DNA of 64,000 bases from Ascoidea asiatica JCM 7603 (GCA_001600695.1 BCKQ01000002.1:422890-486889), one strand, 5' to 3'; shown: positions 46,731 to 58,364, numbered from the stretch's first letter. Numbers and translations are program-made. The notes: generated by a model from the letters alone, not told the origin.

Positions 46731-46806
46731 AGCTTTTATAAACTTTTATTAACTTTTATTAGCTTTTATTAACTTTTATAAACTTTTATAAACTTTTATA
46801 AACTTT
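46731..46806. repeat. 10-bp tandem repeat (ARCTTTTATW) x ~7.6
   Basis: agcttttata aacttttatt aacttttatt agcttttatt aacttttata aacttttata aacttttata aacttt. Confidence 0.9.
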
Positions 46807-49576
46807 CTGTGCTGCCCATTTAATTCAATTTGTGAACTTTCGGGTATCAACAAATATCAAAGTTTCGGGTACTAAAGGAATTATTTCTAGTTTCTCCCCT
46901 TTAAAAAAGCAACAAAAATAAACACTCACAATTCAAGTTCAGTAGTCATGTGTTTTATTTAGATTTTTTGATAGGGGTTCATATTAGTTGATTTTGCACG
47001 TGACTAAAAATAAAATAGATGGTAAGGGTAAATTTATAAAGTGCTTGAGAAGGGTTATAAATCAAAACTAATTTCAAATGTTCGCTAAAGTAAGAACAAT
47101 AGAAAAAAAAAATGGAATAGATATAGTATACATAATGAAATTATCCAGCTAGCACAAAAGGGCAGAAATTAATTAATGATAATATTTGATTGTGTAAAAT
47201 TTAAATAGAACTAGAAGTTTGTGTCTTCTGTTAAGTATTCTTTGTTTATTTATAAACTCTTTTTGTGGTGAATAAAAAAAAGAAAAAGCACCACAGTATT
47301 GGAGTCTAACTTCTGGTTTAGTCACATAATATAAAGTTACCCTCCGGTTGCTAATTTAACCGCGTTTTCTATTCAAACCTTAAAGTAGTCCCAAACTTAT
47401 TGTCTCACGAGAAAATGTTTGGTTATTTCAGGAGGGTAACCTTTACCGCGTTTTTCCTTGAAAAAATTTTTTGCAATACAATTTAGTAGGTAAGCTAAAA
47501 TCTTGATATAATTGAAGAAACAAATTGAACTTTTTTCGAAGAAAAATTAAGCACCACAACTTTCCATCACAAGATACTTCACAAAATATTGTCTGAATAT
47601 GAACAGAGTCAAAATCGTAATCGTATTAGTACCTTGTAGTTACAATTGCCTTTGAAAAGCAGAAAAAATGAATAAAAAAAACGACGTAAAAAAAAGAAAG
47701 AAAAAAAAAATTATTCAGTAATTTGTTTAAAAATTATGCAATGTATTTCAACAAACCGATTTTCTAAGAAAAAGAATTGAACCCATTTTTGAAACTTTTT
47801 TTTCAGCAAAACGTAATACGATATTAAATTAAATCAAATCATTTCTTGATTAAATAGCTCCAAACAAAAAACCCGTTATGCGAATTCGCCAAAATTGCCA
47901 AATTCGAAAAAAAAATATATGAACAAAAGTTTGGAAACAAATTGAGCGTAAAAAAAGAAAAATTGGTAGGTTTTGAAAATCGAGTTAAATCAAAGTTGCC
48001 CAGTTTAAATTAGATAAAAACGATCTAAAATACTTTAAAACAACTAGCAAAAACTATAATTCTTGTATTATTAGTCTAAATATAGGTTTACTAGCCACAC
48101 TTTAATATTCATTAACTAAAATATACGTTATTGTAGAAGAAAGGCTGGTGTTTTCCCCAAACACTGCTGCCACCAGCCAATGGAAAGCATTTAAATGGAA
48201 TATGTGTGGCAGATGAGGCAAAGACAGAGAGACAGAGCTGCAACAGTGACGTTAACGTTTTGTGGGACTACTGTGGACCGGTTCCGTTACACGGAGCGGT
48301 GCGCACGGTGTTGCTCCGGTGTGCTGTCCCAGCGTATGTCTCTGCGTGTTCCGTTGCCAGGTTGCCGTAGGGTAAGGGCGGAGCTTATCATTGGCCAGTT
48401 CTTGTGTGTTGCCTCTGGTTTTGCGTTCTTTGGTTCTGTTTTATCTTTCAACGTTACCTGCTCAAAATATCACACTTCCACACACTTTCACCCAATTGGA
48501 TGCTATGGCAATTTATCACAACTTTCTCACACCTTTTTTCTACAATTTTCATTTGTATTTAATTTCTTTTTTCTCCTTCTTGACACTTCTTTTTTATATT
48601 TTTTTTTTTTTTTTTTTTTTTCTTTACTGGTTTTCTGAAGGTTCTTAAATTTCTCAATTGTGTTTCTGAATGGTTGTTCACAGTTAGAGATAATTTAAGA
48701 AATTTAACTGAATGTAGTGAGAAAATTGTAATCACATTTATTGATACAATAATAAGAATAAAATTTCTTAGGTTACTTTTACTCAATTTAAGTGAACTTT
48801 TAAAATTGAATTATCCATTTCATAAAAGCATATCATATTTATTGATAAATTTACCAATTGCCAATTTTTTTTTCAACCCAATTAATTGCCATTCACCAAA
48901 TTCCAACACGAGTAATTTTGAAAAAACCGAAGATCACTAAGTGAATAATAATCTCTTTAATTTCTAAGGTCCTTAAAAATCAACGAAAGTTAGCGAAATT
49001 TACTGAAAATTACTAAAATTTACTAAAATTGTACTGAAATGGTACTGAAGTTGTGTTGATATTGTGCTGAGGTTATAATAACTTAAGAGTACTAGAGTAG
49101 TAAATTTTACAAACATCTGATAATGATTGGCCTCATGTTTTCTATCAATAGCCTTGCATACTCGAATAATTATTTTCAGGCATCACAACTCCCATTTTGG
49201 GTACTTTGAGTTTCACAACTTTCACCTAATAAATTTTAGCTTCACTTCTTGTTACAAGACTGTTACAATAATGTTACAAGACTCTTACAAGACTCTTACA
49301 AAAGACTCTTTAACTTTCAGTTCAGGAGCTCTATACACCGCCAACATCCAAGCTGATCAAACTTCATTGAAGCTTATCCAATCTGATCCAAAGCCATAAT
49401 TATTTTTCACCTACTTTTCTCATAGTTAAATAACGGTTGCTGTAACAAACTGCGCTAACTGTACTAAAAGCACTAACTTGTACTAACTAATTAAACTTAC
49501 TGTACTTGGTGCACTGGTACCTGTACTGGGCGACTGAACTTTGAATTTTCACTTTCATTTACACTTACTTTTACTC

Positions 49577-49640
49577 AAATTATTCAAATAATATTCAAAT
49601 AATTATCCAAATTATTCAAATAATATTCAAATAATTATCC
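49577..49640. repeat. 32-bp perfect tandem duplication upstream of the cyclin
   Basis: AAATTATTCAAATAATATTCAAATAATTATCC x2. Confidence 0.9.
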
Positions 49641-50077
49641 AAATTATTATTATTTCAATGATTCTCATAATTATCATAATATTAATCACAATCACTATCA
49701 ATATCACTATCATTTCTACATTATCATTATGATTTTCACTATCTTTTTCTCAAATAATATATTAATAATGATATAAATATCAATATCTCCCTCAATTTAT
49801 GAGTTTGTATTATCAATTATTCAAACAATTTTAGAAATTATATATTTAAAATACATACTCCTCAAATTATATTAATTTCTCATTCACTATCATTTATTAT
49901 TTACCTTACATTTTTAATTTATTTTATATTTTCAATATTCATTCTTTCATTAACTCATTTCTTAATTTATTGAATTCTTCTAATACTTAATTCAAAACAG
50001 AAAAAAAAAAAAAAACATTTTCAAAAGTCATATCATTTATCAACAATCAATAATTATTTAATCAAATACATAATATA

Positions 50078-51460
50078 ATGTCTTCAATTAATCATCCAAA
50101 AAAAGCAACAACTCTTTATCCTGAACAATTATCAAAAAGTGAAGTTAAAGCTCATTTAGTTGCAATTAATGATTATCAAGATGAACTTTCAATAAATTTA
50201 TATTCTTTAGCTTCTGAAACAAAACCTGATATAAATTTATTAAATCAACAACCTGAATTAAAACAATCTTTAAGAAGTCCATTATTGGATTTTCTTTTTA
50301 AAATTTCTATAAGAACAAAAGTTTGTTCAAGTATTTTTCAAAAATCTGTTAGATTATTAGATCGTTATTGTAGTAAAAGAATTGTTTTAAAAGATCAAGC
50401 TCAACTTGTTGCAGGTACTTGTTTATTATTAGCTGCAAAAACTTCTGGTGGTTGTTCTCATATTATAAATACAAAAAATGTTCCAACTGGTGGTAGATTC
50501 TTAGGTCCAACTATAAGATCAAGAATTCCAAGATTAACTGAATTAGTTCAATTATGTGGTCCATCTTGTGGTTATGATGAAGGTATGTTTATTCAAATGG
50601 AAAGACATATTTTAGATACTCTTGATTGGAATGTTTGTGATCCTTCAATTTTTAATTGGTGTTTTAATATTGATGATTATCAAATTTTAAATAATGGTAA
50701 TGATACAAATGATTTTCTTAAAATTAATATGATTAAAAGATTTTTAATTGATGTAAGTTGTTATGATATAAATTTACAATCAATTCATATGGCAGAATTA
50801 TCTGTTTTAATTAAAACAATTTTAATTACAATTCTTAATAATAATAATTTTAATATTTCTTCAAAAAATCTTAAAAAAATTATTATTGATAATAATGTTG
50901 ATGATTTTAATGGTAATTTAATTAATAATAAAGTTTTCAATACTAATCTTGCAAATCGTTTATTATTCAATGTTGCAAATGCTTCACTTGATGTTGTTAA
51001 TTTTTATAAAAATTCTGGTAATCAAGATATTAATAAAGTTATAACTTCTGTTCATCATATTGCAATTTCTCATATTTTAGCATTATCTGAAGAAAATGAA
51101 ATTCGTCAACAAAATAAAATTAATCAAGATCTTAAATTACAACAACAAGATAATCTTAATCATCCACAAATTTATAATTCTCCTCGTTCTCAAATTTCTT
51201 CATACAAATGTCCAAATTCACCTTCATATAGTAATAATAGTGATTATGATTCAGCTTCTGATGTTGAATCTGTAATGTCAAGTTCGGGTGATTTAAGGTC
51301 AATTTCTTCTTCCTCTTCTTCGGTTTCTTCAATTTCTTCACCTATATCTCCTGATTATGTTAAATCAAAAAATATCAAAGATTATGGACGTTCTTATTCA
51401 AGTAATAAATTTTCTATAACTAGATATGGTATGTCTTCTTCTCAGACTTTAAAAAATTAA
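50078..51460 (+). CDS. CLN1: G1 cyclin, Cln1/Cln2 type
   Basis: LLDRYCSKRIV, AAKTSGGCSHIIN...PTGGRF.GP..R.RIPRL.EL (Cln1/2-specific insert), FIQMERHILDTL and an SP-rich PEST tail. Confidence 0.9.
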   Translation: MSSINHPKKATTLYPEQLSKSEVKAHLVAINDYQDELSINLYSLASETKPDINLLNQQPELKQSLRSPLLDFLFKISIRTKVCSSIFQKSVRLLDRYCSKRIVLKDQAQLVAGTCLLLAAKTSGGCSHIINTKNVPTGGRFLGPTIRSRIPRLTELVQLCGPSCGYDEGMFIQMERHILDTLDWNVCDPSIFNWCFNIDDYQILNNGNDTNDFLKINMIKRFLIDVSCYDINLQSIHMAELSVLIKTILITILNNNNFNISSKNLKKIIIDNNVDDFNGNLINNKVFNTNLANRLLFNVANASLDVVNFYKNSGNQDINKVITSVHHIAISHILALSEENEIRQQNKINQDLKLQQQDNLNHPQIYNSPRSQISSYKCPNSPSYSNNSDYDSASDVESVMSSSGDLRSISSSSSSVSSISSPISPDYVKSKNIKDYGRSYSSNKFSITRYGMSSSQTLKN

Positions 51461-51756
51461 ATTTTTTTAATACTTTAAATTTATTTATGCTTTTCGGTTT
51501 ATTTATGATCATGTTTTTATTCTTTTATTTCAAATCATCATTTTATTTTTATGCATTTTTCTTTTCAATTCACCTTTTATGTATTGTTTCAACTCTTATA
51601 TTATAATGAAATTTTTTTAAAATTAAATTTAATCTACCAAATTATCGAACTCAAACTCAAACTTATTGTAGAACTTTGAAAAGTTATTACTTTCTTTTGA
51701 AAAAGTAAATCTTCCGAAGTAATTACTGAAAAATTTTCATTTAATTTCCGCTATAC

Positions 51757-51838
51757 AATATAAAATCTCCTTATAATTACGCCGGTGTACCATAATAATA
51801 GAGTGGTGATTTAATACTAATAAGGAGATTTTTATATT
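51757..51838. repeat. Inverted repeat, 18-bp arms with a one-base bulge
   Basis: AATATAAAATCTCCTTAT (51757-74) versus ATAAGGAGATTTTTATATT (51820-38). Confidence 0.8.
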
Positions 51839-53418
51839 TTTCGTAAATACTTTGTCTTGAATTATCACACTTTATCTTATATGCTTTTAAAGAAATCATT
51901 TTTAACCATTTTTTTTATAAATGGAGTGAAATGTTTTGAATAAAGTTATTTTTCATGAATTTACATAAATGATGAGAAAGATTGGTTTACCGAATTAGAA
52001 AATTTAAAATTCTGTAGGATACTGTATAAAATTCGAAAGTCTTAGATATTTTTAAAAGATCATTAAACAGAATTAGACTTTAAAAATTGAATGATTTTTT
52101 TTAAAAACAAGTTTTTATTATATAAATTAAATGATCCAATAGTTGGAGCAGCTTACTTTTTTATCTGCACAATATAACTTATAAAATGTGGGTTGAACCA
52201 AAATTGTGCTTTTCAAAAAAAGAGAATATTATCACTCGTCCAACTAGATCTTTTTTTTCAATTCGTTAAAAAAAAAAGTGGCAATAAATACTTAATTACA
52301 ATCATTGATGGAAATAATTAGACATTGAAAATCAAAAGTCTTAGAATGTGATACAATAATAATTGTAATTGAAAAAAGTAATTATCTTCAGTCATATTAT
52401 TTAAGTGACGAGTCTCAATATACTTTTTTTCAAAAAATAAGACAACTTTTATATTTTTGAATAATGTCCGAAATTCTCCAATAAAATATTCTAATAAATT
52501 TTGAAACAGTATCATTTTTCAATTCAATTTTAATAAGTTCAATTATACCACCAATAGAATGAAGAATTTATAATTATTATTATAATTACTACATTATTGA
52601 TCTCATGATAATTTCTACTCCAATAATTGCCTTTCTAAGTTGAAAGTGAAATGAAAAAAAAGGTCACATTGAATTATAAATAAACAACAATATCAAAGAG
52701 GAAACTAGTTACAGGGTCATAACTGAATTTTTGATTTTTGATTGTTGAATGTTTAGTTTGTTTTATTTTATCTGTCTCCATACATCTTCGTAAATAATTC
52801 GGATCTGTTAAACCCACAAGCAAATTCTTCAAAAGGTCCCTCCACCCTTTGCAAAATTACAAATATAAATATGTCTTGAATAATTCCGGGAATCTAACAA
52901 CGGAGTAAGTAGTTTGAAATCTATTGTTGAACTGAAATAAAATCCCTAAACACAAGCAGTCTGAGACTAATTTCAACAAATGAAATCCATTAGATCTAAA
53001 AGACCTATTCAAAAGTAGAATTAATCCTCCTTTTCTCACAAACGACCACTTGCTTCATTCATTTCTCAAACTAGGATAATATCCATTGAACAAAAAGCAA
53101 AATAAAACACCAACAATTCTAATAAATGTAAAAAATTAACATTCCTTTCTTTTAAATTCTCTCTAAATATCAAAATATACTATCCTTTTAATTTAGTAAT
53201 AATGTTTTGCTGTTATTGTTGTCGATAAGCGCCATGTATTTTCAATAAAGACTTTCAGCAAAGGAAAAAACTGGGTTACCCGCCTTTTTTTTACAAATCT
53301 CAAAAAATACTATGAAGATTGTAATAACAATTTATTTTCGTTAAAACCTATCCGAAGAAATGAAGTTTAAAGAAGAATTTAAATCAGAATATTTGAATGT
53401 CGAAATGTTTTTGAAGCA

Positions 53419-54399
53419 ATGAATCCTACTCCAAAACCATTAATGGAATCCAATGAAATAAAAGAGACCAGTGTTCCCATAGATAAAGATTCTGATGCCT
53501 CGGTTGAGACTATTAAAAATTTAGACTTACTTCCTTTATTAATAGATATATTAAAAAGATTGAAGAAACATGAAATCAAAATAAATGACCTTAACAATGC
53601 AACTGGTAAAATAAGAATACGTCTTTCTAAATTCAAAGAAATAGTTAGAAATATTGAAGGTGTTTCACAAACTGCAAAAGAGAGAAAAGAAGAAATTGAT
53701 TCGTTAAATTATCAAATCAATAGAAAAAGAATTTTTCTAAAAAATCTAAAAGGAAAAATTGAAGAAACATTCCCAACTGAAAATAATGAAAATTTATCAG
53801 ATTCTAAATTAATTAAGGAAAATAAAAAAATTGGAGAATCAATAAAGCAAATTCAAAATATAAGTCTGAATTCTAAAGAAGAAGAAAATATTTCCAAAAA
53901 ACCGGAAACTGAATTCAAAGTAGATACTAATACCAATTCGAATACAAATACCAATTCAAATTCAAATTCAAATTCGAATAAAAATAATAACCCATATCAA
54001 GATTCAGTAGACTCTGTATTTAGTAATTTCAGTATCTCATTACAAGGTATAAATCCTTCATTTTTCGAACTTAAAAAGCCAGCAATTGAAACTAAAATAA
54101 ATGTTCAACAACCTATTGATGATTTTATATCTCAAGTTCCATTAAATAATGATATGAATGATCATATAAATGATGGTTCGCAAAATTTAAATAATTTGAA
54201 TATAGAAGGAAGAACAAATCTTGAAGAAAATGGAACTTCAAATTTCAATCAAACTACAAATATTCCAAATTCTTTTGAACTTAATTTTTTTAATGATAAT
54301 GAAGCTATAAATATTCCCGCTGAAGATTCTGATGAAAATTATCCTGATTTTGATGATATAATGAATGATATTAATATGGATTTAGAATTTTTTGAATAA
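53419..54399 (+). CDS. CSE2: Mediator subunit Med9 with a long C-terminal extension
   Basis: LLPLLIDIL...DLNNATGKIRIRL.....I.GVSQT.....EEI..L...I.RK fits Med9. It neighbours ATG3, as CSE2 (YNR010W) and ATG3 (YNR007C) are close in S. cerevisiae. Confidence 0.75.
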   Translation: MNPTPKPLMESNEIKETSVPIDKDSDASVETIKNLDLLPLLIDILKRLKKHEIKINDLNNATGKIRIRLSKFKEIVRNIEGVSQTAKERKEEIDSLNYQINRKRIFLKNLKGKIEETFPTENNENLSDSKLIKENKKIGESIKQIQNISLNSKEEENISKKPETEFKVDTNTNSNTNTNSNSNSNSNKNNNPYQDSVDSVFSNFSISLQGINPSFFELKKPAIETKINVQQPIDDFISQVPLNNDMNDHINDGSQNLNNLNIEGRTNLEENGTSNFNQTTNIPNSFELNFFNDNEAINIPAEDSDENYPDFDDIMNDINMDLEFFE

Positions 54400-54675
54400 T
54401 TTTTTTTTTCATTAAAAAGCAAATATTTATTTATATGAGATAGATTATATATAAAAAATATATTAAAAGAACTATTAATTAAAATCCAATTATTGCTAAA
54501 TAGTATTATAGCAATATCCTTCCTTTATACCCAATATTTATAGAATTAATTCATAAAATAAATTCATTGAAGGATATTAAAACCAAAGAAACAAATATAC
54601 AAAGACAAAAACGTAAATAAAAGAAAAAGTAAACAAAAAATAAGAGAATTGAACTAAAAATTAATGATTTTTTTT

Positions 54676-55749
54676 TTAAAAAGCATCCATTGTATAATCT
54701 TGATTAATTCCCGGCGTAACACTTGCAATAAATTTAAGAAATATAATTAAGTATTGATCAATTCTAATAATATCAATTTCTTCATTGATTCCAACATCCT
54801 TTGATATACTTTCCCATTCTTCATCTTCAAAATCATTTGTTTTACTATCAGCAAGACCTAATTTTGCTACACCATCAGTAATTTTTTTTAATTCTTGAGA
54901 TTGAGATTGAGATTGAGATTCTTTTAATTTTTTATTTTGAGCAGCAATTGCAGCTCTTGACATTAAAACTTTCATTACAGTTGCATGACGACAAGGATGT
55001 ATTGAAACTGAAGTTGTATCATTTAAAAATGGAGCTTGTTCAATTGTTGCAGTTTTATCTCTATAATCAGTTGAAATATCTTCAAACATTTGATCTGGAG
55101 TTAAAGGAATTCCATTACCATCAAAACCAACTAGATACATTTTAGGTACTCTATACGAAGTTGAGTATGTTATATATAAATCATAATTTCTTCTAGAATC
55201 TGAACCATCTTTAGGAGAAGATAAATTATCAATTTCTTCATCATAATTAACGAAATCTTCTATATCTTCAATATCTTCAACGTCGTCAATATCCTCAGCA
55301 TCTTCGATATCTTCAATATTTTCGATATTTTCAGCACTTGCAATATTTTCTACTGGTTTTTCAGATTTGATATCTTTGGGTTTAGATTCTTTTTTAATAA
55401 TTTCAGTTTTTGAGGATTTTAATTTTGCTTTAACATTTGAAATATTAGTTTCAGTCCAACCATCTTCATTTAAAACTTCATCCTCTTCATTATCTATACC
55501 AAGATAAGTTGTAATTCTTTGATATGAAGGTAAATGTCTTGTGACTAAAAATTGCTTTTCTTTTGGTAAAAAATCTCTTCTTTTATTTTCAGGAGCTGGA
55601 GACCACTGCCAAGTTGGAAATTTATAAACTAAATAATCACCAGCTTCAACAAATTCTTCTGGAGTAATTTCACCAGTTTTTCTAAAAGTGGATGTATGTG
55701 TAACTGGAGTAAAATATTCCCTCCAGGAAGATAATGTTGATCTTAACAT
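54676..55749 (-). CDS. ATG3: E2-like autophagy enzyme Atg3
   Basis: MLRSTLSSWREY, GDYLVYKFPTWQW, catalytic HPC, AIM-like WESI and DYTM. Confidence 0.97.
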   Translation of the reverse strand: MLRSTLSSWREYFTPVTHTSTFRKTGEITPEEFVEAGDYLVYKFPTWQWSPAPENKRRDFLPKEKQFLVTRHLPSYQRITTYLGIDNEEDEVLNEDGWTETNISNVKAKLKSSKTEIIKKESKPKDIKSEKPVENIASAENIENIEDIEDAEDIDDVEDIEDIEDFVNYDEEIDNLSSPKDGSDSRRNYDLYITYSTSYRVPKMYLVGFDGNGIPLTPDQMFEDISTDYRDKTATIEQAPFLNDTTSVSIHPCRHATVMKVLMSRAAIAAQNKKLKESQSQSQSQELKKITDGVAKLGLADSKTNDFEDEEWESISKDVGINEEIDIIRIDQYLIIFLKFIASVTPGINQDYTMDAF

Positions 55750-56527
55750 ATTGGATATTTAAAATATATTTTCACTTTTTTTATTTAACGAGATTAACTG
55801 AAATAGAAGAAATTTCTTACAATAACTGTAAATAAAACTTAGTATGATTGATATTACCAAATATAATATATAATTTCTATTCTAAGAAAGTGGGGTTATT
55901 TGTATTTGATAATTGAAAATGAAAAATTAGGAAACCTCTATAAACTAAAGACTTTAAATAAGGGGCTATTCGTTATTAATATTGATATAATTCTTATTAT
56001 TATTAATATCTGTGATATTATTTTTAATTTAGTGATTAAAATAGTTGATTTTTAGTGAGTAATTACTTATCAAACATAAATGAAGCTGTAGATAATAGTG
56101 ATAGTAGTGGTGATCATAGCGATCATAGTAATATATTGTTCCAGTAAAGTTACTGTATAAACTGACGATAACGTTGGTAAAGTTAGTTATTGCGTATCTC
56201 TTATCACCGGCAAAGCAGCTTATCATGGAGTGGCGAGTTTCTGTGGCAGTTTCAAAAAAACGTGGCGGTGCAAAGCAATTTTGAGATATAGAACCCCCAG
56301 TTCTGGTTCTTTAATTGTTACTCACGTGCCAGACTCTTTTTTAGTTTGCCATGAAAAAATTCACCAACTTTTTCAGATTTGCCATTGAAAATCTAGGTAA
56401 TGGTAAAAGTGAAGCTGTAGCTGGTGAAATTCAGATAAATCATCATCTGAATGTGTGAAGCAGAAGACTCTTATACATAAACTAATATCTGTAAATAATC
56501 TGTTGTTCAATCAGGAATAATATCCAT

Positions 56528-56725
56528 GTATGTCACTTTTGGTTTCTCGTCTTTTCAATCTTAATTTGGGTTTTTTTACTTTTGTTATTCGCTTTAGGGG
56601 GTGTTTAACTAATTTTCAATAGTTTTAAAAAATATATTTCAAGAAAAATTCAAAAATTGTTTTTATTAAAAGTACAAATTTCTGATTTAATTATAAATTT
56701 TCATTAACTAACATTTTATTAGTAG
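56528..56725 (+). other. Probable 5'-UTR intron(s) of TOM40
   Basis: GTATGT donor at 56528. AACTAAT branch with TAG at 56620-22, and AACTAAC (56706-12) with TAGTAG at 56720-25, about 20 nt before the ATG. Confidence 0.55.
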
Positions 56726-56744
56726 ATCTATTTTTAAAAAAAAA

Positions 56745-57887
56745 ATGTCTGCTCAACTTCCTTTAGGGGATCTTTCAAAATTATCAATTCCACCAATTCC
56801 TGGAATGCAACCATTAAAACCAGAACCTGGTTTTTGGTCTTCAAATCCAGTATTTTCTTATTTAAATGATATTCATTCTTCTGCAGTTTCTCATAGAAAT
56901 TCTTTAGGTTTAATTAATCCTGGTTCCGCTGAAGAATTGAATAAAGAAGTTTCAAGAGATGTTTTATTAACTCATTTTTTTTTCACAGGTTTGAGAGCTG
57001 ATTTAACTAAAACTTTTTCAACAAATCCATTTTTTCAAATTGGTCATTCATTTTCTTCTGGTTCAACTGTATTACCACCATATTCTTTAACTGCTTTATT
57101 TGGTAGTGATACTTATTTTGCTCAAGGTACTATAGATAATACTTTAGCTTTAAATGGTAGACTTCATTATGGTTGGAGTAAAAATAATTTTACAAGAATA
57201 ACTACTGTTATTTCAAAAGGTCAGCCTGCAATGCTTCAATTAGAACAAGATTATCAAGGTAAAGATTTTTCTGCAAATGTTAAAGTTTATAATCCATCTT
57301 TTTTTGAAAAAGGTCAATTTTCCGGTGATATTGTTGCCTCTTATTTACAATCAATTACAAAAAGATTATCTTTAGGTCTTGAATCTGTTTATTCTTCTCA
57401 GCCTGGTTATGGTCCAGATGCTGCAACTTCTTATTTTGCAAGATATAATGCTGATAATAAATGGATTGCATCTATTCAATCAAAAGCCCAAGGTAGTATT
57501 ATTGCATCTTTTTGGAAAAAACTTGCAAAAAATGTTTCTGCAGGTATTGAAACTCAACTTCAAGCTTCTATGAGACCACTTAATGATCCTGCTTTAGGTC
57601 AACCAATAAGTATGGAACCTGTATTAGAAGGAAATACAACTATAGGTGCTAAATATGAATTCAGACAATCTGTTTTTCGTGGTCAGATAGATTCTGATGG
57701 TAAAGTATCATGTTTCCTTGAAAGAAAACTTTTACCAACACTTTCTGTACTTTTTTGTTCAGAATTAGATCATTTAAAAAACGCCTCAAAAATTGGAATG
57801 GGCTTTCAGTTTGAAACAGCCGGTTCTCATGAAGTATTTATGGCTCAACAAGGTTTAGATCCAAATGGTAATCCATTAGCTGCCTAA
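56745..57887 (+). CDS. TOM40: Mitochondrial outer membrane translocase channel
   Basis: LGLINPGS.EELNKEVSRDV, FTGLRADL and GAKYEFRQSVFRGQIDS. Confidence 0.97.
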   Translation: MSAQLPLGDLSKLSIPPIPGMQPLKPEPGFWSSNPVFSYLNDIHSSAVSHRNSLGLINPGSAEELNKEVSRDVLLTHFFFTGLRADLTKTFSTNPFFQIGHSFSSGSTVLPPYSLTALFGSDTYFAQGTIDNTLALNGRLHYGWSKNNFTRITTVISKGQPAMLQLEQDYQGKDFSANVKVYNPSFFEKGQFSGDIVASYLQSITKRLSLGLESVYSSQPGYGPDAATSYFARYNADNKWIASIQSKAQGSIIASFWKKLAKNVSAGIETQLQASMRPLNDPALGQPISMEPVLEGNTTIGAKYEFRQSVFRGQIDSDGKVSCFLERKLLPTLSVLFCSELDHLKNASKIGMGFQFETAGSHEVFMAQQGLDPNGNPLAA

Positions 57888-58364
57888 AATTTATAATATA
57901 TTTATAACTGTAAGAAATTAAATTTTTTTTGTATATAGTTAAAATAAGAATTTGATCTCCAAATGAAGTTTAAAACTAATTCAATTTATTATGTAATAGT
58001 TTTATATTCATCAAATTCAACTTTTCATCCTAGAGAAAAGGAATCTGAACAGTTTTTTCATCATTTCTTCTAATACTTATTTGATTTTAAATTTGGAATT
58101 CCTTTATTCAATTATGACCACCAATAGATACTTATCAACTTCATTTGAAATCTTTCGACTCTATGTTTATAGACTAAGAGAATTAGATGTAATGCAAATG
58201 TAAATTCTGTAAAAAAATTTTATTTTAAAGAGATTTTGATATTATTTTCAAGATATTATCTGATGAATAAATATTTTATTCGAAAAAGTTGACAAAATAG
58301 AAATATAATGCAACAAAGTTTTTCTTTTCTTTTATTTTCTCTATTAAAAGAAATCAAAATAGTA

